A DNA stretch of 64,000 nt, from NCBI GenBank assembly GCA_025201805.1, contig MU619242.1:181323-245322 (forward strand), given 5' to 3'. Below are positions 13,266 through 27,412 of this stretch, piece after piece (position 1 is the stretch's first letter; the number at the start of each line of letters is the position of its first letter). The notes beneath the pieces are model-generated. The model was not told the origin of the DNA. It saw nothing but the letters and a program-made list of their open reading frames with translations, and did no database searches. The translations under genes and the position numbers were made by a program. This stretch comes from Parasitella parasitica NRRL 2501 (Eukaryota; Fungi; Mucoromycota).

Positions 13266-16200
13266 CTATATCAGATAAGTTTTGTTTGTCTTACATACAG
13301 TGCCATCTCCTCTGACCAACAAGATTGGTATTTGGTCATATGTATGCTTTGTTGGTAACAGCTCACCCTTTGATGGCACTCGACAAACAATCAATTCTCG
13401 GCTTTTGTATTCCACATTTGTCGCTTTGATGTCACCAAACCATATTTGCAAATCACGAGAGAAGTTTTCACCATGCAGACTTAATTGCAATTGGTCTTTG
13501 TTTTCAAGAGATGGTTTGGTAACCATATGTAACAACGTAGGAAAAGGTGCTGATGTTGGGGTATTGTTTGTTACATTTGATAAACAAGACACATTAGCTA
13601 TATTGCTGTCATCTTGCAAGGCGCCCTCACTGGTTAACAAAAAGGTGTAAGTTGCACAATCTGTATAAAAGGTAAGCTTTTCTTGTCCAATATCAAAAAA
13701 TAGCACGTTCTAACCTGTTCCAACAATCGTCCAAACCGCCACATCGGAAACATCCTCATACCAATATGCACCCAAGCTATTTACTGCTTGATTTTGAGCC
13801 GAAGATCGTCTGCCACCTAATCCAGTGTTTGTAGAACTATTGCTGCTGGTGCTTGATTTACGTGAAATTCCTTGGTGGTGATGTTGAGAACTTGATTTCG
13901 CTGGGAGTGCCATTGAAGGGATGTTGCTATGCAACAAATAGTCATCATTTAGACTGTTTACGCGTCGTCGAGGATCATTCATGATATCATTGGCATCAAA
14001 TAAGGCTTTACTGTTGGCTTCTCTTAAGGAAGACGGATCTGTAGAAACCCTTCGTTTGCGGACAATTTTACCTCCTGCTTCTTGCGAGGTGATATTAAAC
14101 ACGGCATCAATGTCGTCCCATTGATGAGCAAGATTGGTGTTACTGCCACTGCTGGCTTTAGGGTTTCTCATCACAGGAACAATAGGCCTTCTTGTGTCTG
14201 TTGTTTTATGCATCCCAACCATGTCGTTCAGACAGGCAAGATAGTTAATTGGACTACATGTTCGAGGCAACATGATGGAAGGGGTTGATACTGATTGCTT
14301 TTGTTGCTGCTGCTGCTGCTGAGGATCGTGTACAATCTGAAGCGCTACCTTGTGTAACTGTGAAACAGGGTCACCGAGTACCTCATCGCCATACTCTCCA
14401 CCACCCATCTGGCTGAGATTATCTGTAGTCTGTGCTCCACCAAAGACTGTGGATGCTTTATCAACTTTGCGGATAATCATGACTGGACTCACAAGGCCTG
14501 TAGTCAAACACTGTAACACCACATGCTGGTTATAATGGATAGGGATCAGTTGGTTTGACTTGTTTCTCAGTGCAATGGCTGGAGGCGGTGGGTAAGGAAT
14601 GTTTCGGGTGAATGCACTGCGCCCAATATAGTCTTCGGGCGTGTCGCTTTCTTTCACGTCGCCTGCAGATCGATTCGTATCTACCAACCAGATGATAAAG
14701 GGATCCCAGCAAGTGGTTCGGGCCACAAAGCATGTACCTTCTCCAGGCACACCTCCCCGAAAAGGTTGCCCTGGAAACGAAAACGACGAGGATGATGAAA
14801 CGCCTAGATACTTTGTAGAAACTGTTTGAGATCGGATACGGTTGAACAGAGACACGGTGGTTCCATGATGAATGCACACTACGTGACATGGATTAGATTT
14901 GCTTTCAACTGCACTCTGTATATCGAACTTACGCTCCATATTTTTGACGCTCTGTCTCTTTTTAGAGGGCTTACTGATCACCTTGATGCCCTTTGAGGTT
15001 AATGCTCCCATGTGCGTTCCATTCGCAAGATAAATGCGGATCAAGCCTTCTACTCTTTTGCGCTTTTCGTCAGCGTCGTTAATATACAAGTGCTTGGAGA
15101 CGCATCTACCAGCAGCCAGGAGCTCCTGAGTGTGATTCTGATACCAGTCGATACTGCTACTACGAGATTCTGCAGAGCTACGGAACCGGCTTGGATGCTG
15201 CTGCTGAGGCTGTTCGGCGGTTGATCCCGTGGATGTGGACGTCGTGGACGTGGATGGAGAGGCAGTTTGCTGAGGTTTTACGTGTCCTGTTTGTCCAACT
15301 GTGACACCAGATACAGTGTACCATTCGATTTGGCCTGATTGAGTAGCAGTTTCACCAGAAATGGACACGGTAATCTTGGGTGGGCAAAGCTCACGTCCAC
15401 TGGGTGTCTTCAACACTTCATTGCTACTACCAGCGTCTGATATGTTGAGTTTCTGAGACGGTGCGGTCCACCAGTTCTTGCCTACCAAAATGGCTGTTGG
15501 TGGAGGGCACAAGAATCTAGGTAAAAAGTTTGTATATACGCACCTATCATTGTCTATGCATATGGTGCTTACCTCTTTTCTGTGCCGTAACTCTTTTGAG
15601 CAACTTTGCTTGACAGTATGATGACAGTGCGTTCTTTTTCTGAATAGCGATTTGATAAATAATTTCTTATAATGGGCTTCATTCTGGTTTCGTTCACGGC
15701 ATGTTGCTGCAACAGTTTAGCATTCAGTGAGTGCTGGCGGTGATGGTCAGCAAACCGATTGCTGTCATCAAAGCAGCTGATGCTGGCAGCGTTTTCGGCA
15801 ACAGTCGTGTTCGGCGGTGGAGGCGACGGGTTTGAAGAAGTAGTTGATATAGATGACGATAAAATGCCAGTGGCTACCAAAGTTGGGGCAGCCTGATTAT
15901 GCCTATGCAGGCCTGGAATTGGCGAAGATGGCGTAGAAGTGAGGTTTTGATGAAATGGCGTCGATGATTGGGCTGTATCAGAGGTAGACATCATGTCGTC
16001 CTGCTGAGATACCAATGATCTTTCAGACATCTAACCGTAAACGTTGAGTATAAATATATCATTGCGCAGAACAAACCTACCATAAGCGGATCGTGCCTTA
16101 TCCCTTGTGGTGAGGAAGAAGACACATGCCACTCGCTGTTGTGAGTCTGGCGATGAAAAGGGAAGTCAGAGGTATGATACGATTCATTGTCGGTCTCTTG

Positions 16201-17004
16201 CAAAGATTCCAAGAACCCAGGTGTGAAGAATCCTGGTGTACCACTACCGTTGTTTGAATAGCTGCTTTGCTGTGCATTTGCTGTACCACCAACACTATTG
16301 CTCCAGGACTGGATCAATTGACTCTGCTGGTGCAAATTGGCAGTACTCAAATCGGTTAAATGCAGATCATTTGGTTCATCTACAAAGCTGTAGCTGCTTG
16401 GTGTTGGCGTCTGCACTGATGCTGAAGTAGTGGAGGTTGCAGTGGTAAATTGATCGAGATTCAACATTTGGTGAATTTCGGACAGCCTTTGATTTTCTCC
16501 CACGCCGCTGTTGCCACCACCTGTTTTATTAGATATATCATTGCAGCCATCATGAATTACATACGAATTAGAGACATCATAGGCGGATGGCTGTTGCGGA
16601 TCGGACATGTTGAAATCCGGCTGCATTAATGTAGAGATGGAGTGCTGTGGCAATGGGTGATGGTGGCTCCAAGACGATATATCAGATGACGCTTGCATGT
16701 TTGCTTCACTGTTAAAATTTATGACCAAGGAGGAGGCATCGGACGTAGCAGCTTGCATTTGTGGCTGCTGCTGATGGTGAGGAGGTGTTTGTTGATGCCA
16801 TTGCTGCTGTTCATGCTGATTCGAAGCGTAATAAGAAGACAACTCCAAGTGATAGGCGGCACTATGCGGCGGATACTGAGGCTCCTCTTGTTTTCTTTTA
16901 CGTGATGTAGGAGATTCAGGTGAACCGTTGATTGCATTTTCATAAAACGCATTGTTGTTCAATGATGAATCGTTCGTTTGATGATGCGTAGCCATGATTG
17001 GCAT
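13266..17004 (-). CDS. Fungal CSL (CBF1/Su(H)/Lag-1) transcription factor, probably class F2 (Cbf12-like), 4 exons
   Basis: SKVAQKSYGTEKRFLCPPP, IKVISKPSKKRQS, VSLFNRIRSQTVSTKYL, DPVSQLHKVALQ, VAVWTIVGT and the IPT-like LHGENFSRDLQIWFGD. Long low-complexity N-terminus. Confidence 0.93.
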
Positions 17005-20000
17005 TTTTTTTTCTTTTTTTGCTGTTATAACCTCTCACGATGTCTGTGTGAGAGAAAGGTAAAGAAAGAAGAAGAAGCACAAGAAAGAGACACAAAAATC
17101 AAGCTTTAACCTTTGTGTTCACTCCAAAAAAGTGCGGGGTAAATCAAATCGAGGTGTTTAAATATCTTTTTGCAGAGCATGTATCATCGTTGTATACATA
17201 AAGCGCAAACGCGCACATAGCTCCTAGCCTCTTTCTTTTTTTTTTTTCTGATAGTTAATGTATAGAATGACATAACTAACCTTATTATAATGTAACCATA
17301 ATAATTTGTACCTATTTGCTGCATATCATTGTGATGTAAACAGCCAATGTTTTCTTTTTCGTACAAGCTTATCTGGCCAAATAAGGATTGCTTGTAATAA
17401 CAAGGTCATATGTTATCAGGTACACTCCTCCACCCTATTAAAAAGGATTAATCGTACAACAGAACCACTATTCTACCCATACAGGATCGTCTTGGCTTCT
17501 TTGGCGTTATCCACCATTATTACTTTTTGATCTAATTCATTTGTTGCGCGACATTGGACATACCTAATGTGCCTAAATCAAGACTTCCCTCTTTCTTATC
17601 CGGGTGCGGTGTGCGCGAATAAAAATATCAACAATTAGTATATATAATTCAAAGTATTCAGTGAAACATACAAATATGGCGTTAGTGCTCGGCTGGTCCT
17701 ACCAATATAACCATCCATCTCTATTTGAAGCCAATGGCAATGCGTTTAATGCAAGTATAAATATTATATTTAATAGAGTCTATACCTTGAAGATGTCTGG
17801 AGAATTTCAAAAACGCTCTTCTTTTGTATATAATAGTATTTGTTTGCCCATATTCATGTGATATCTATGAAGAGAAAATAACACCAGGTTGTTGGCATGG
17901 CAACAAAAGAATCAGTTTTGACAAGCTGGCTTTTCAATTGGACCCGAATAAGGAAGTATAAAAGATGATGATCTGTGTGCGTGCTTTAATGAAACTCAGG
18001 TGAGCTTATTGCTCGATTCCTCCAACAAAAATCTCTCTTTCCAAAATAAAAGCCTTCATCACTTGACTCATAACAGATTATAATGTTATTCACCCACGCA
18101 CAAACAAAGAGCTTATAATTTTACCCTTTTTGTTACCATTATTATTATTATTATCCTGCCTCAAAGAACGAGAAAGAGACTCGTTCTGCTATATTGAAAA
18201 ACTACTCGCTCGTTTACATAATAATAATAAAAAGAATTTATCATCTGTATGTATGTACAAAAATAAAAATGCTCTTGTGATCAAAAGTACAGGTATCTTT
18301 TCTTTCTATTTCAGTTAACAACTCTAAAAAAAAAAAGTGCGTAAATCATGGCTAACACAAAACAAAACTTTAATTATTTATTTAAACAAGCTTTGTGCTT
18401 GTGTCTAAATCCAAAAAGTGTAAAAAAAAGAGAGACATGGCCTTCTATTGTACTGGCTGGTACCAAAGAGATCGATCACCCTCGGCTCTCTTGACATAAA
18501 TAGGTTCTTGATTCCACTGACATACTGCATGGTTGTATGATAAGTATGTTTTGGTAGGTTAATAACATGACATATTTTCAGCGGGAACCATTTACATTAT
18601 AATGCTTGTGCCTTTTAGTATGCCATGTGTATTTGCAAAGTAGCACCACGCTAAATGAAAATCAGATTTGAGGAATAGCAGACATCTGCATCAATGCTTA
18701 TGGTCACTGCATTGTGATAAGAGTCCCAGCAGTTAGGAAGCAAACATTTTTATCTATTTCACAGCATTAGATAAACTGCTTTATTGGCGCATATTCTTTA
18801 ATTTACTACTGGAATAAACCAAGTATTTAATATAAATATATACCCCCGTTATCATAATTTTACCTTGATCGTCAACAAGAGTATGGCATGTCTCATTACT
18901 ATTATAAAATAGCTCAGCAACAATCTTCCATACATTAGTTAGCATCACAAACGCGAGGAAGCACTGGAAATGCTAATGGTGTACATGTCAATTCATGGAA
19001 ATAATTTCAATGCATTCTATAATATAAGTTTGGGCTGCATAATACTGTTTACACATGTTTAGATATCGATTAATTTGAAAAGATCTGTATGTCATTATTT
19101 CCATTGCATAAAATGCAACTGCCATGCTACATACTATTTATTCCGTCTCATGGATACTTACATGTTACGTTTAATCATCGTATGATCATTTATCATGCTT
19201 ACTGTAGCATCGGTACCCCTGGTTGCATAATAAACCCAATATCTGGTTACATTCTAGCAACACAAATAATTTACTATACTTGGGATAAAATACACATAAT
19301 GAAGATCCAATTCTCTAGCGCATGTGCCAGTTTGATATGAATTAATGTATTATTTTTATAGATTTTGATTTTTTTAAAGAAAACAAAGGGGTATTTCAAA
19401 GATTATAGACCTGAGAGACGTTGATGCAGGTAGGGCTTTCAATAGAAAAAATGTAAAATCAAGATATCTATCCTATTAAACAGCTTACTTTGTCCTTGTT
19501 TACCCTAGTGAGAAATCAGCTTTATTTGTAAAATGTTCGAGTGCAAATGAGAGCTAGCATTTTAATGGAGTATTCCTGTATTCATTCAATTCATTTAAAT
19601 CAGTTGTCATGACAACCGTACCTGATACGTCCTAAGGTTAAATGTCGCCGGTAATTTCACAACAAATAAAACTAATCATGAAATGTGTTGCATAATAAAC
19701 CATCTACTTAATCTAAATTATGAAGCTGAAATTTTTGATGAATGATTGGTTAAATATGAATATGACGATATTTGCATGCCTTACTCTGCATTTGGCATAT
19801 AGTCGATAATATCCCAACTTTATTAGTATTATGATCCGCCCTACCTACTTCGATAAACGCCAAATAAAAATAGATAATTTGCTCAGATATTATCACATAA
19901 AACCATTTACTTACCACATGTGCTGCTCACCACATTTTCCAGGTGTTCATACTTCTTGCTGTTTTCCCATACATTGCCAGTGAGCAATCATTTCCAATTA

Positions 20001-21043
20001 AAGAGCACAAATGAGCCACATAACAACAACTTGATATTTTGAATCGATAGTTGAGATGCTGAAGGATATGGCTAGAAAAATCATTTTTATGTAACTTTGT
20101 GTTTGTTCGAAATTAATACCATCTCCAATCTGTAAAATCTTATGTTATAGAGAAAGATTCATTGAAACGTCTCAATTGCATTCTGACAGATTCTATGCGA
20201 TATTGGCATGAGAATTTTATGGAAAATCTTTATTGCTATTATAACTAAATCTGAATAGCTGTTGTTGTATTAGTTTATCGAGAATATGTGCAGAAAACTA
20301 GAACGGATTTTTAGAGCATGTCAGAACTTAACATTGATAGATCCTTGATTTCACAGAGAGCACATAGCCAAAAGAGTCTTTCAAAGCTGTCAGATCAAGA
20401 AAAGCTGTACTAAGTCGTACCACTCACAAACTTCCAATGTAAATAAGCTGCTGATAATAAGAAATGTATCCATTCTCCCATAATATGAAATACTTTGATT
20501 TGCTTTTCTCAATATCTGAAAATGACGGCCACATTGAATACGGCTCTCCTTCAATACCGTAAAGGCATTTTAAAATTGGTTTTGAACACAAAGATTAAAC
20601 AACTATTTGTCATTCTAATGAGTTTTTGAGCTGTTCTTTTAGACATGAAGCTGCTTCGTTGCAACAACTACCAAGTTGACAGTTCGTATAGAGGTGCAAT
20701 CAATCCCCTGCGTCACTATAGGCATCTCTCTCGTGACTCTTTTACATTAACGTTGCGAAATGCTGGTCAATTTGTATTTCCAACCCTTGAATCGGGGCTA
20801 TCCCCGTCTTTTTCTTTCAAGAATATATTTTACAGCCTTTGCTTTCTTACCCCCTCCCTTTAATACAAGAACTTGTTAAATATGGTAAAATAAAACAATT
20901 CAATCCTGACCGACTGATTCAGATGAAAAACGTAAAGGCTCGTCCACTTGGGATCTGAAGTTTTTCACATGAATGTGTCACCAAGGGTTATCAAATCTAA
21001 CATTTCATAATTTTTTTGATAGCTTCGTTTTTCTTCAAAGTTA

Positions 21044-21732
21044 ATGACCTCAACCTCTGTCGCTGCTAGACAATCAGCTCGGTAAGCAACAATAAACGGT
21101 GATAAGGAAGAGTATTTCAGCTGACATTTTGCTGATTAGCATGTCAAACGTTGTCCCTGTCTGTGCTAGACGTTGGTACAGTGCTGAACCCCTCCCTACC
21201 CCTGGTTCAGCAGCCTCTGCCGACCCTAAAATCACTGCCATTGTTGACCAAATTGAATGTTTGACATTATTGCAAACTTCTGAACTTGTATCACAATTAA
21301 AGGTAAATGTCAATTTAGTTGGGAAATGGGAGACATAAAGGAGTGATGGCTTGAAAATGACATGAATGCATTGGACATGGAAGTTGGATATTAATATCGA
21401 TGAAACGTTACATGTAGACTCGTTTGAATATCCAAGATATCGCAATGCCCATCGCTATGCCAACTGGTGGCGCTGCCCCAGCTGCTGCTGCTGTTGAGGA
21501 AGAGAAGCCTGCTGAGAAGACTGAATTCAACATCAAGATTGACAAGGTGGATGCTGCTTCAAAGGCAAAGGTTATTCGTGAAGTTAAAAATTTGGCAGGC
21601 TTAAACTTGGTTGAGGCTAAGAAGTTTGTTGAAAGCGTACCCAAGGTTCTCAAGGAAAGTGTACCCAAGGAAGAAGCTGAAAAATTAAAGAAAGCTCTTG
21701 AGGCTCTTGGTGCCACTGTTTTATTGGAATAG
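21044..21732 (+). CDS. MNP1: Mitochondrial ribosomal protein bL12m (L7/L12), 3 exons
   Basis: Presequence-like N-terminus, KITAIVDQIECLTLLQTSELVSQLK, EEEKPAEKTEF, KAKVIREVK, LNLVEAKKFVESVP. Confidence 0.92.
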
Positions 21733-21880
21733 ATTTCTTTCTATTGGGTTTTTATTTTTTTGCAAAAAAGTTAGATATATAAATATAAATACAACCAAAA
21801 TTTAAAATGAAAAAGTAACTTTCAATCTGCCACTTCGTCTATGATAAATAACAAGAGTATTTAGCTAGTTNNNNNNNNNN

Positions 21881-21926
<46 letters not shown>

Positions 21927-22284
21927 CCAAAGTCTTGACATCAAGCATTGAATTGAATCTAATTAAATGAAATGGCATGCCTTTAACGAGCTTATTTTTA
22001 TTGATACGTGTGAGTGATGGAGATAAGTTACTGAAGATCGTAATGCAATGCTTTTACATGACAGATCATGACAAGCAAAGTGTAGTTACGAATTGTACTA
22101 ACATGGCCGTCGTGACATGAGGAATTCAAACGCAGTTTTTTATCATCAACCTCGATTCTTTCCCCCTCTTCTGCAACTTTGTACTATATTCTCTCTCTCT
22201 CTATCTCTCTATTTATTTTCTTCTTTGAGCTTTTACTCTATATTATATACCTTTAAAACTGGCCAAAATATACCAAATCATATT

Positions 22285-23315
<1,031 letters not shown>

Positions 23316-23525
23316 CTTTTCCTCATCTACATATCTACTTTCTCTACTCATCTATACAGTATGTACCATATCCACTTCTTTTTCTTTTCTGTTGACATTG
23401 ATTTCTTGTTTATTAGATGCTATACAAAAAAATATAGATTTATTATGAAATAGTGTACACACAAAAATGTTATTGAACATTAAATATACATGGAAATTGG
23501 GAATATAAAGATGCAAAAATACAAA

Positions 23526-25169
23526 TTAAGCTATTATACTAATGGTTTTTTTATAAACGCGTTTCCAAAGTGGAACAGGCTCATCTTCTTGACTTTCCTT
23601 GACATGTAAATCCTCATCTTTTATAGTGCCAGTTTCAAAATCCATCTCGCTGGCCTTGATGAATGGATCCCTTCTGTACAGCTTGTTGCTGACGTACAAA
23701 ACAATACAGAACATGACCGATAAATACGCAGAAACGCAATTCTTGGCATCAATAGGAGGAAGGAATGTCTGATAGCCTTGACCGCCGATAACGATGCACC
23801 CAACAACGATGACGAAAATATCACCAAAGGGAAAGAAAGGTGCTGCGTACGGCAGAGATGTCACCGATCTACCTTGAGCCCGCATGCCCATTCGGAAACG
23901 GATATGTGTAATAGAGATAGTGACCCAAACAATCAAGCCAGCAACAGAGGGCAATGCTGTAAGCCAGTTAAAAACGACACCAGAGCTGAATAAACTAGTT
24001 AAGAAAGCCAAACAACCGACAGCACAGGTAGCAAGGACAGCCCAGATTGGAATGCCCCACCTGTTAATGCGAGTGAAAATCCGAGGAGCAGAACCCTCTT
24101 CTGCTAAAGCCAAAAGAGTCCTGCTAGACGAGTATACACCTGAATTACCTGCAGATATCATAGTGATGAGAATAATGGCATTCATCAAATCAGCAGCCCA
24201 AGCAGCGCCAGCTTTCTGGAACACTAACGTAAAAGGAGAAACAGCAACATTACCAGAACCTTGGAGAAGATCGGGATCTGTATAAGGAATAACAAGGCCA
24301 ATAATCAAGATGGACAGAATATAAAACAGGACAATACGAAAGAAAACCTGCTTAACGGCAGAAGGTACCGTCTTGTGAGGATTTTCTGACTCGCCAGCAG
24401 TGATACCGACAATCTCGACACCATTAAACGAAAAGGCAGCAGTGATAAAGACATTAAAAACGCCCAGAAAGCCGTAAGGGAAAGCACCTCCTTCCAAATG
24501 GAAATTAGTAACACCAATATGATCACCACCAGCAGCACCAGTATCGACGCAAATGCCAACAATGATAAATGCAATGACAGTTAAAACCTTGACGAAAGAA
24601 ATCCAGTATTCGACCTCGCCATAGCCCTTGACAGAGAATACATTGATGCAGACAAGCAAAGCGAGACAAATAATACTCCACACGACGCTAGGTACACTTT
24701 TAACCCAATATTCCATTATCATGGCTACACCTGTTAGCTCAACAGCCACTCCAACAGACCAGTTTACCCAATAAATCCAGCCAAGCATGAAGCCGAGGGA
24801 GGGATCAACGAAACGCCTGGCATAATGCGCAAAGCTTCCGGAAACAGGGATATAAGCAGACATTTCACCAAGACTCATCATGACACAGAATACCAAAATC
24901 CCAACAATCCCATAGGCCACGAGGGCACCACCTGGGCCCCCACTAGAAATAGCTTTGCCGGATGCCATAAAGAGGCCAGTGCCAATTGTACCGCCTAGAG
25001 CAATCATCTGAATATGTCTGGCCTTTAGGCCTCGGCGCAAGCCAGCCTTTTCAGTAGCATCAGATACATGTATAGATGTAGCGGAAGAATAGCATGACTC
25101 AGCGAAGTCTACTGCCGTGCTAGCTTCATCTTGAGCATCGATTTTAAATTTTTCATTGTTGGATTCCAT
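23526..25169 (-). CDS. Amino-acid permease (APC superfamily, YAT/LysP-like), intronless
   Basis: 547-aa ORF with LKARHIQMIALGGTIGTGLF, GYGEVEYW, AAFSFNGVEIVGITAGESENP and about 12 hydrophobic segments. Confidence 0.95.
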   Translation of the reverse strand: MESNNEKFKIDAQDEASTAVDFAESCYSSATSIHVSDATEKAGLRRGLKARHIQMIALGGTIGTGLFMASGKAISSGGPGGALVAYGIVGILVFCVMMSLGEMSAYIPVSGSFAHYARRFVDPSLGFMLGWIYWVNWSVGVAVELTGVAMIMEYWVKSVPSVVWSIICLALLVCINVFSVKGYGEVEYWISFVKVLTVIAFIIVGICVDTGAAGGDHIGVTNFHLEGGAFPYGFLGVFNVFITAAFSFNGVEIVGITAGESENPHKTVPSAVKQVFFRIVLFYILSILIIGLVIPYTDPDLLQGSGNVAVSPFTLVFQKAGAAWAADLMNAIILITMISAGNSGVYSSSRTLLALAEEGSAPRIFTRINRWGIPIWAVLATCAVGCLAFLTSLFSSGVVFNWLTALPSVAGLIVWVTISITHIRFRMGMRAQGRSVTSLPYAAPFFPFGDIFVIVVGCIVIGGQGYQTFLPPIDAKNCVSAYLSVMFCIVLYVSNKLYRRDPFIKASEMDFETGTIKDEDLHVKESQEDEPVPLWKRVYKKTISIIA

Positions 25170-26556
25170 AGCAATAAAAAAAACACGTTAATTTAATAGT
25201 TGTGGCCAGAGACCCGGATTTGGCTGATTTAATAAATTTCCTTATACACAAGGTGCTTGATAATGCTCTTTTTTCTCCGTATGAGGCAGGAAAACAAGAG
25301 TTGGATATACAACAAAAATTAGATGAAAAAGAAGGAAAAACTGAAATTACTGCATTGACCTTAGTTTTACTTTTTTTNNNNNNNNNNNNNNNNNNNNNNN
25401 NNNNNNNNNNNNNNNNNNNNNNGGTTTTAAACAATACATGCCGCATCAGGGTGTTTTAGTTTTTAATTTCTTTCAATGTTTGTTCGCTCAATGTTTGGAC
25501 GTCTTTGATCATGAATCAGCGTAACATATTTTATTAGCAAATCAAATGGGTTCAATTGTTCCCACGCATGTTCGTTTATACCATATAAACACATTTTGTT
25601 TGCAAAGTTACGTCAAAATGATATTCTAAACTGATCTTAAATATTCTGCAATGTAATAAAACAAACGAGATGAGATGGTGTCAACTTGAGCGAGAATCAT
25701 TGGCTTGAGAGATCTTTGTTGTATCGCCGAATGCCTACAATTTGAAAACATGAACAATGAAAGCTTTTCTTAGTAACAAGATGCATACTATTAGGGAGTG
25801 CATAAATCTGTATATTGAATGTCTGGAAAAAAGCTCATGTTAATTACGGAATCTGCCTCTTAAAGATAATGAAAAAATTACACATGGTGCTGCAAATTTC
25901 TGATTTATTAACTTGCAACGTAACACTCGAGTATACATGGTGCCTAATTAACACAGTGCTTTTTGAATGTAATTCCCTGGTAAAGTGTGTTTATTCTCAT
26001 GACTGGATGATGTGTAGCCCCTTAGGTATATAAGGATGGCAGGAAGTGGGGTTCGCCTACCATTGAAACAGTGTAGATCAATCGATAAGTGCTGTCATTG
26101 AGATGGAGTTATTTTCTTCTTATATGCTGCAAAGACACGATTGCAAATCATTTTGAGATCCAATTATATTTGTTGGAAAGCATTTTTGGTTAGATGGACC
26201 CCTTCTTGTACTCACAAAGATTGTCGTTGCAGGGTTTTAAACAATGCCATCAAGCACAAGAATCTACAAATAGCCTAGCCCTACACGTGGAGGTCTGGAC
26301 ATTGATTATACACACACTATGGGAGCAAAGCAAAGTAAGAGAGCGAAAATCTTGTTAGGAGACCCCAAGAAAAGGAGGTTATCTTCTTTGTGAACAGTGA
26401 TATTCATTATTTTTAATATGCATTTTAAACCATAGAACTCGATGGTGGTCTCCTTGCATGGTAGGTAAGGGCGATTTTTTTTTTTCTATATAAACCATCG
26501 AAATTTAAATATTTTTTATCTTCATTAAATCTTATCTACATTTACATATTACAATC

Positions 26557-27221
26557 ATGAAATTCTTTGGTATTGCTTCTGCTATCGTTGGTGCTTTTGT
26601 CGCCATTGCAACTGCTGCCCCTGCTGCTACCGGTGAAGCCACTAAATTTTACATTACTGCACCTCTTCAACAGAACACTTTTAATGCTGGTGGAGTCCTC
26701 ACCACTCAATGGAAGAACGGTGAACCTGGTCCTTTCAAAATTGAATTGCTTCAGGGAACTGACCCTGCAAGCATGCAGGATGCCAATGTTGCATTCAAAA
26801 ACACTGATGGAAGCACTGGATCTTACAAATGGGAAATCCCCAAGGACTTTGCTGCTGGTACTTATGCTCTCCACTTTGTCTTTAAAGAGTGAGTATTCAA
26901 TTATGCATACTTATTATTGTAACAAAGTGTCTAATATTCTGTTATAGCGGTGAGTCTTATTCTCCCCAGTTCAAGATTACCTCTGGTAAAGCCGACAGCC
27001 CCAAAGCCGACACCAAGACTGGTGCCACTGACTCCAAAACTGGTGCCAATGACTCCAAAACTGGTAGCACTGACACCAAAACTGGTAGCACTGACACCAA
27101 AACTGGAAGCACTGCTGCCAACCCTCAGGCTCCTGCCACTGGTGCTTCTACCAAGCCAGATGCTGCCAAGCAACCTGCTCAACCCGGAGCCAAGACTGAT
27201 AATGAAACTGGAAAAGCTTAA
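26557..27221 (+). CDS. Secreted Kre9/Knh1-N-like (Ser/Thr-rich family) protein with heptapeptide repeats, 2 exons
   Basis: Signal peptide MKFFGIASAIVGAFVAIATA, then YITAP..., W.NG, I.LLQG, GSYKWEIP..., TYAL and YSPQFKI. Intron ~26890-26947. TATAAA about 70 nt upstream. Confidence 0.8.
27009..27113 (+). repeat. Coding minisatellite, 5 x 21 nt encoding D[TS]KTG[AS][TN]
   Basis: gacaccaagactggtgccact / gactccaaaactggtgccaat / gactccaaaactggtagcact / gacaccaaaactggtagcact / gacaccaaaactggaagcact. Confidence 0.95.
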
Positions 27222-27412
27222 ATTACTTGCGTTACTAGACAATATACATATAATATACTGAAATTGTAATAAATAAATTCCAAACAAATGTTAATTATAT
27301 TTAATACTGTTCTCTTTGTATTCTACATTGAAATAGCTTTCATTGTACCTGCGTACACTGGTATAAAGCCTGAATTATTCAAATAATTCCTTTACTAGAT
27401 TTGCTTGTAACA

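Noticed and set aside
21881-21925. Long poly-A tract as a retroelement tail (also 57998-58030)
   Set aside because: No adjacent retroelement body or target-site duplication, and homopolymer runs are common throughout the window.
25559-25566. Perfect CSL site CGTGGGAA (minus strand) ~390 nt upstream of the permease
   Set aside because: A single 8-mer in 64 kb is compatible with chance, and there is no clustering.
27009-27113. Regular short repeats resembling a CRISPR array
   Set aside because: Contiguous in-frame coding repeats with no spacers, in a eukaryotic gene.
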